From the human T2T-CHM13v2.0 reference genome, Homo sapiens, in the NCBI RefSeq assembly GCF_009914755.1, contig NC_060932.1: 64,000 bases of DNA; one strand, written 5' to 3'. The notes below the pieces were generated by a model, which ran no database searches, was not told where the DNA came from, and was given only the letters and a program-made list of their open reading frames with translations. Numbering within the stretch: position 1 is the first letter of the stretch; every line of letters starts with the position of its first letter. The position numbers were made by a program, and so were the translations under genes. Below, one piece after another: positions 59,507-64,000 of this stretch.

Positions 59507-59815
59507 TTTTCTTTCTTTCTTTCTTTCTTTCTTGAGATGTAGTCTTGCTTTTTAACTCAGGCTGGAGTGCAGTGGTGCGTTCTTAACTCACTGCAAACTT
59601 GGCCTCACGGGTTCAAGTGATTCTCATGCCTTAGCCTCTCGAGTAGGTGGGATTACAGGGGCCCAGCACCACACCTGGCTAATTTTTTTATCTTTAGTAG
59701 AGACGGGGTTTTGCCATGTTGGCCAGGCTGGTCTCAAATTCTTGGCCTCACATGATCTGCCCACCTTGGCCTCCCAGAGTGCTGGGATTATAGGCGTGTG
59801 CCACCACACCTAGCC
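59507..59815 (-). mobile_element. Alu (Jb/Sz-like)
   Basis: (TTTC)n tail followed by an antisense dimer; approximate TSD taaaggttttc / taaagatattc. Confidence 0.92.
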
Positions 59816-59919
59816 TAAAGATATTCATACATATAAACATAGTAAGTATCCTGACAATAATCCTGCACAGAGGGCACTATCATTCCTATTTTACAGATAA
59901 GGAAGCTGAGGCTCCAATG

Positions 59920-60126
59920 CAGAGGTCAGCAAACTTTTTTAATAAAGGACCAGAGAGTGAATATTTTAGACTTTGTGGGTCATTTTGTCTCTGTCACAAG
60001 TGCTCAACTCTGCTGCTGTAATGGAAGAGTGGCCATAGACAATAATTGAACTCATGGTTTTGGTTGTGTTCCTATAAAGCTATATTTACAAAACAGATGG
60101 CAGGTCCTTGGGCCATAGTTTGCATA
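59920..60126. mobile_element. MER58A (terminal bases displaced to about 62468-62478 by THE1)
   Basis: cagaggtcagcaaactttttt..aatattttagactttgtgggtc..gggccatagtttgc. Confidence 0.88.
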
Positions 60127-60399
60127 TGTATTAGTCCGTTTTCACACTGCTGATAAAGGCATAACCAAGACTGGGCAATTTACAAAAGAAAGAGATTTAA
60201 CTGGACTTACAGTTCTACTTGGCTGGGAAGGCCTCACAATCATGGCAGAAGGCAGAGAGGAGCAAGTCCCGTCCTACATGGAAGACAGCAGGCAAAGAAA
60301 GAATGAGGAAGATGCAAAAGTGGAATACCCTGATAAAACCATTGGATCTCTTGAGACTTATTCACTACCACGAGAACAGTGTGGGGAAAACCGCCCCCC

Positions 60400-60410
60400 T
60401 GATTCAATTA
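60400..60410 (-). promoter_or_regulatory. DUX4 consensus motif in THE1 3' LTR
   Basis: TAATTGAATCA on the minus strand. Confidence 0.6.
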
Positions 60411-62356
60411 TCTCCCACTGAGTCCCTTCCACAACCCGTGGGAATTATGGGAGTACAATTCAAGATGAGATTTGGGTGGGGACACAGAGCCAAACCATAT
60501 CATTCTGCCCCGGCTCCTGACAAATCTCATGTCTTCACATTTCAAAACCAATCATGCCTTCCCAACAGTCCCCCAAAGTCTCAACTCACTTCAGCATTAA
60601 CTCAAAAGTCCACAGTCTCAAGTCTCATCCAAGACAAGGCAAGTCCCTTCCGCCTATGAGCCTGTAAAATCAAAAGCAAGTTAGTTACTTCCTAGATACA
60701 ATGGGGGTACAGGCATTGGATAAATACAGCCATTCCAAATGGGAGACATTGGCCAAAACAAAGGGGCTACAGGCCCCATGCAAGTCCAAAATCCAGTGAC
60801 GCAGTCAAATCTTAAAGCTCCAAAATGATCTCCTTTGACTCCATGTCTCACATCCAGGTCATGCTGATGCGAGAGGTGAGTTCCCATTGTCTTGGGCAGC
60901 TCTACCCCTGTGGCTTTTCAGGGTACAGCCTCCCTCCTGGCTGCTTTCATGTGCTGGTGTTGAGTGTCTGTCGCTTTTCCAGGTGCATGGTTCAAGCTGT
61001 CAGTGGATCTACCATTCTGGGGTCTGGAGAATGGTAGCCCTCTTCTCAGAGCTCCACTAAGCAGTGCCCCAGTAAGGACTCTGTGTGGGGACTCCAACCC
61101 CACATTTTCCTTCTGCACTGCCTTAGCAGAAGTTCTCCTGGAGGGCCCAAACCCTGTAGCATACTTCTGCCTGTGCATACAGGTATTTCCATATATCTTC
61201 TGAAATCTAGGTGGAGGTTCCCAAACCTCAATTCTTGACTTCTGTGCACCTACAGGCTCAACACCACATAGACGTTGCCAAGGCTTGGGGCTTGCACCAT
61301 CTGAAGTCATGGCCTGAGCCCTACATTGCCCCTTTCAGCCATGGCTGGAATGGTTGGGATGCAGGGCACCAAGTCCCTAGGCTGCACACAGCTCAAGGAC
61401 CCTGGGCCCGGCCCACAAAACCACTTTTTCCTTCTAGGCCTCTGGGCCGGTGATGGGTGGGGGGGTGCCATGAAGACCTCTGACATTCCCTGAAGATATA
61501 TTCCCCATTGTCTTGGGGATTAACATTTGACTCCACATTACTTATGTAAATTTTTGCAGCTGGCTTGAATTTCTCCTCAGAAAATGGGATTTTCTTTTCT
61601 ATTGCACTGTCATGCTGCAAATTTTTCAGACTTTTATGCTCTGTTTCCCTTTTAAAACTGTATGCTTTTAATAGCACCCAAGTCACTTCTTGAATGCTTT
61701 GCTGCTTAGAAATTTCTTCCACCAGATACCCTAAATCACCTCTCTCAAGTTCAAAGTTCTGCAAATCTCTAGGGCAGGGGCAAAATGCTGCCAGTCTCTT
61801 TGCTAAAACATCACAAGAGTCACCTTTGCTCCAGTTCCCAACAAGTTCCTCATGTCCATCTGAGACCACCTCAGCCTGGACCTTATTGTCCATATTGCTA
61901 TCAACATTTTGGGCAAAGCCACTCAACAAGTCTCTAGGAAGTTCCAAACTTTCCCACATTTTTCTATCTTCTTCTGAGCCCTCCGAACTGTTCCAGCCTC
62001 TGCCTGTTACCCAGTTCCAAAGTGGCTTCTACATTTTCGGGTATCTTTTCAGCAGTGCCCCACTCTACTGGTACCAATTTACTGTATTCATTTGTTTTCA
62101 TGCTGCTGATAAAGACATACCCGAGACTGGGCAATTTACAAAAGAAAGAGGTTTAATTGGACTTACAGTTTTCCACTTGGCTGGGGAAGCCTCATAATCA
62201 TGGCAGAAAGCAAGGAGGAACAAGGCATGTCTTACATAGACAGCAGCAGGCAAAGAGAAAATTAGGAAGATGCAAAAGTGGAAACCCCTGACAAAACCAT
62301 CAAATCTCATGAGACTTATTAACTACCATGAGAACAGTAGGGGGAAACTGCCCCCA

Positions 62357-62367
62357 TGATTCAATTA
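62357..62367 (-). promoter_or_regulatory. DUX4 consensus motif in THE1 5' LTR
   Basis: TAATTGAATCA on the minus strand. Confidence 0.6.
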
Positions 62368-63129
62368 TATCCCACTGGGTCCCTCCCACAGCATGTGGGA
62401 ATTGTGGGAATACAATTCAAGATGAGATTATGAGATTTGGGTGGGGACACAGAGCCAAACCATATCAGCATACCTCTGAAAGTCATAAGTAACTTGCTCA
62501 AGATCACTCAGCTAATCATTAAGGGAATCTGGATTCAATTTTGGTTTTTTTGCTTTGAAGACCAGTGTTGTTTCTACTCTCCTAAAGCTTCTTCAGTACC
62601 TAGACACCCATTTATAAACAAGTAGTTATTTGTGAATAACTTTTCATTAGTTGTTTTCAAATGTAGCCAAAATTATATACCAGCACACTTGTTAGAAAAC
62701 TGTTTTAACATATTCAAGCAATAATCTACTAGTAGTTTTATTTACCTGTTGACAAACTTAAAAATATTTTTGTTTAATTCAAAGGAAGCTTCTTTTCTTT
62801 TAACTAAACAAATAAAAAAATTAATCCATCTGTTTTCCCACTTAACAGATATCTGTAGACAAGCTTCCAAATGCTAGGCACTACACTCAGACTTGGAGCT
62901 ATCAAAATGAATAAGACACTAACTACACAGGAACATTAACCAAGCCCTATTATATTATGTGCACAATCTCCTTAGTCTACACGCCTAAAAAAAAAAAAAA
63001 AATTGCTCTCAATCTTCCCTAACATATCTTGAAAGCAAGCCGGAAAGGCATGAAACTGAAAGCAATTAAACATATGCTGAGACAAATTCCAACACCATTT
63101 AAATAATACAACAAAACTCAATTCTGAAA

Positions 63130-63730
63130 ATATAAAATTGAAACATGCCTGGTACTCAATAAAAAACTACTAGGCAGTAAAATAAATGACACATAACAAG
63201 AAAAAAAAAACCAATCAATAGAAACAGATGAACCAACAACAAGATGAAGGAATTAGCAGACAAACATATTTAAATAGTTATATTAAATATTCTCTATATG
63301 TTCAAATAAGTAGAAGAAAACATGAATATAATGAGGAAAACATGAATGTCATGAACGATACACTCAAGTAGGTAGAGGAAATCATGAATATGATGGAAGA
63401 TATAACAGACCTAGAAAGAGCTGAGTTAAAAAATATTGGGTGCGATTAAGAGCAACTTAGTGCAGAAGAAAAGATCAATGAATTTGAAATACAAACTATT
63501 AAAAATAAAGCAGAGAGACAAGAAAAAAACTGAAAAAGAAACAAACACAGTGACCTATAGGACATTATCAAGTTACATCTATTATTAAAATCTCAGAAAA
63601 AGAAGAGAGAAAATTATAAATTATAAAATTATACTTCCAGGAAACAACAAATCCCGAGGTCTGTATGCATGGAATATTACATATAGAGGAATGAGGATAA
63701 GAATTACCACAGACTTCTCACCACAAACTA
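63130..63730 (+). mobile_element. Ancient L1M ORF1-region remnant
   Basis: ccaatcaatagaaacaga..ggaattagcagacaaa; tgcagaagaaaagatcaatgaatttgaa; gataagaattaccacagacttctca. Confidence 0.65.
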
Positions 63731-63732
63731 CC

Positions 63733-64000
63733 TGCTATGATTTAGGTGTTTGTCCCCTCCAAACTCATGTTGAAGTTTGATCCCCAGTGGAGGTGTTTGG
63801 GTGATAAACGCAGATATCTCGTGAATAGATTTATGCCCTCCTTCAGGGGTGAGTGAGTTCTTGCTCTATTAGTTTCCTCAAGAACTGGTTGTTAAAAAGA
63901 GCCTGGCACCTATTCATATCTGCTTCCTCTCTCATGATATAATCTCTTCGCATACCTCAACTCCCTTTTGGCTTCTACCATGAGCTGAGGCAGCCTGTGG
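63733..64000 (+). mobile_element. MSTB-type MaLR LTR, cut by the window end
   Basis: tgctatgatttaggtgtttgtcccctccaaactcatgttgaagtttgatcccca..ggttgttaaaaagagcctggcacc. Confidence 0.82.

Larger units (their letters stand above)
60127..62467 (-). mobile_element. Full-length THE1 (A/B-type) provirus: 5' LTR 62083-62467, internal region 60503-62082, 3' LTR 60127-60502
   Basis: Two complete LTRs (tgtatt...ccatatca) and a perfect 5-bp TSD gcata (60122-60126 / 62468-62472). Confidence 0.97.
59455..62580 (-). mobile_element. MIR host split into three pieces by an Alu and MER58A/THE1
   Basis: Pieces at about 59455-59505, 59816-59919 (cattcctattttacagataaggaagctgaggctc) and 62480-62580 (taagtaacttgctcaagatcactcagctaa). 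Confidence 0.75.

Overview
This is AT-rich simian primate genomic DNA, most likely human, judged from AluJ/S/Y, L1PA and THE1/MST elements. It looks intergenic or deep-intronic. I found no recognisable protein-coding gene, RNA gene, CpG island or CRISPR array. The ORF track is explained by L1 ORF1/ORF2 remnants, THE1 internal sequence, Alu frames, simple repeats and chance. Main content: the 5' half of an L1PA7-like element on the minus strand with an intact 5' end; two near-full-length THE1 MaLR proviruses facing each other about 30 kb apart; about 11 Alu/FLAM copies; many older L1M, L2, MIR, LTR and hAT fossils; and a (GGAA)15 microsatellite. Subfamily names come from my recollection of consensus sequences and boundaries of old repeats are approximate. 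I cannot demonstrate a new biological system. The best lead is the convergent THE1 pair: it has intact DUX4 motifs and LTR splice donors, both 3' LTRs lack their poly(A) signal, and there are candidate non-coding exons on both strands. Other leads are structural oddities: two twin-primed L1s, an Alu trimer, a tail-less Alu and a nested MIR/Alu/MER58A/THE1 cluster.
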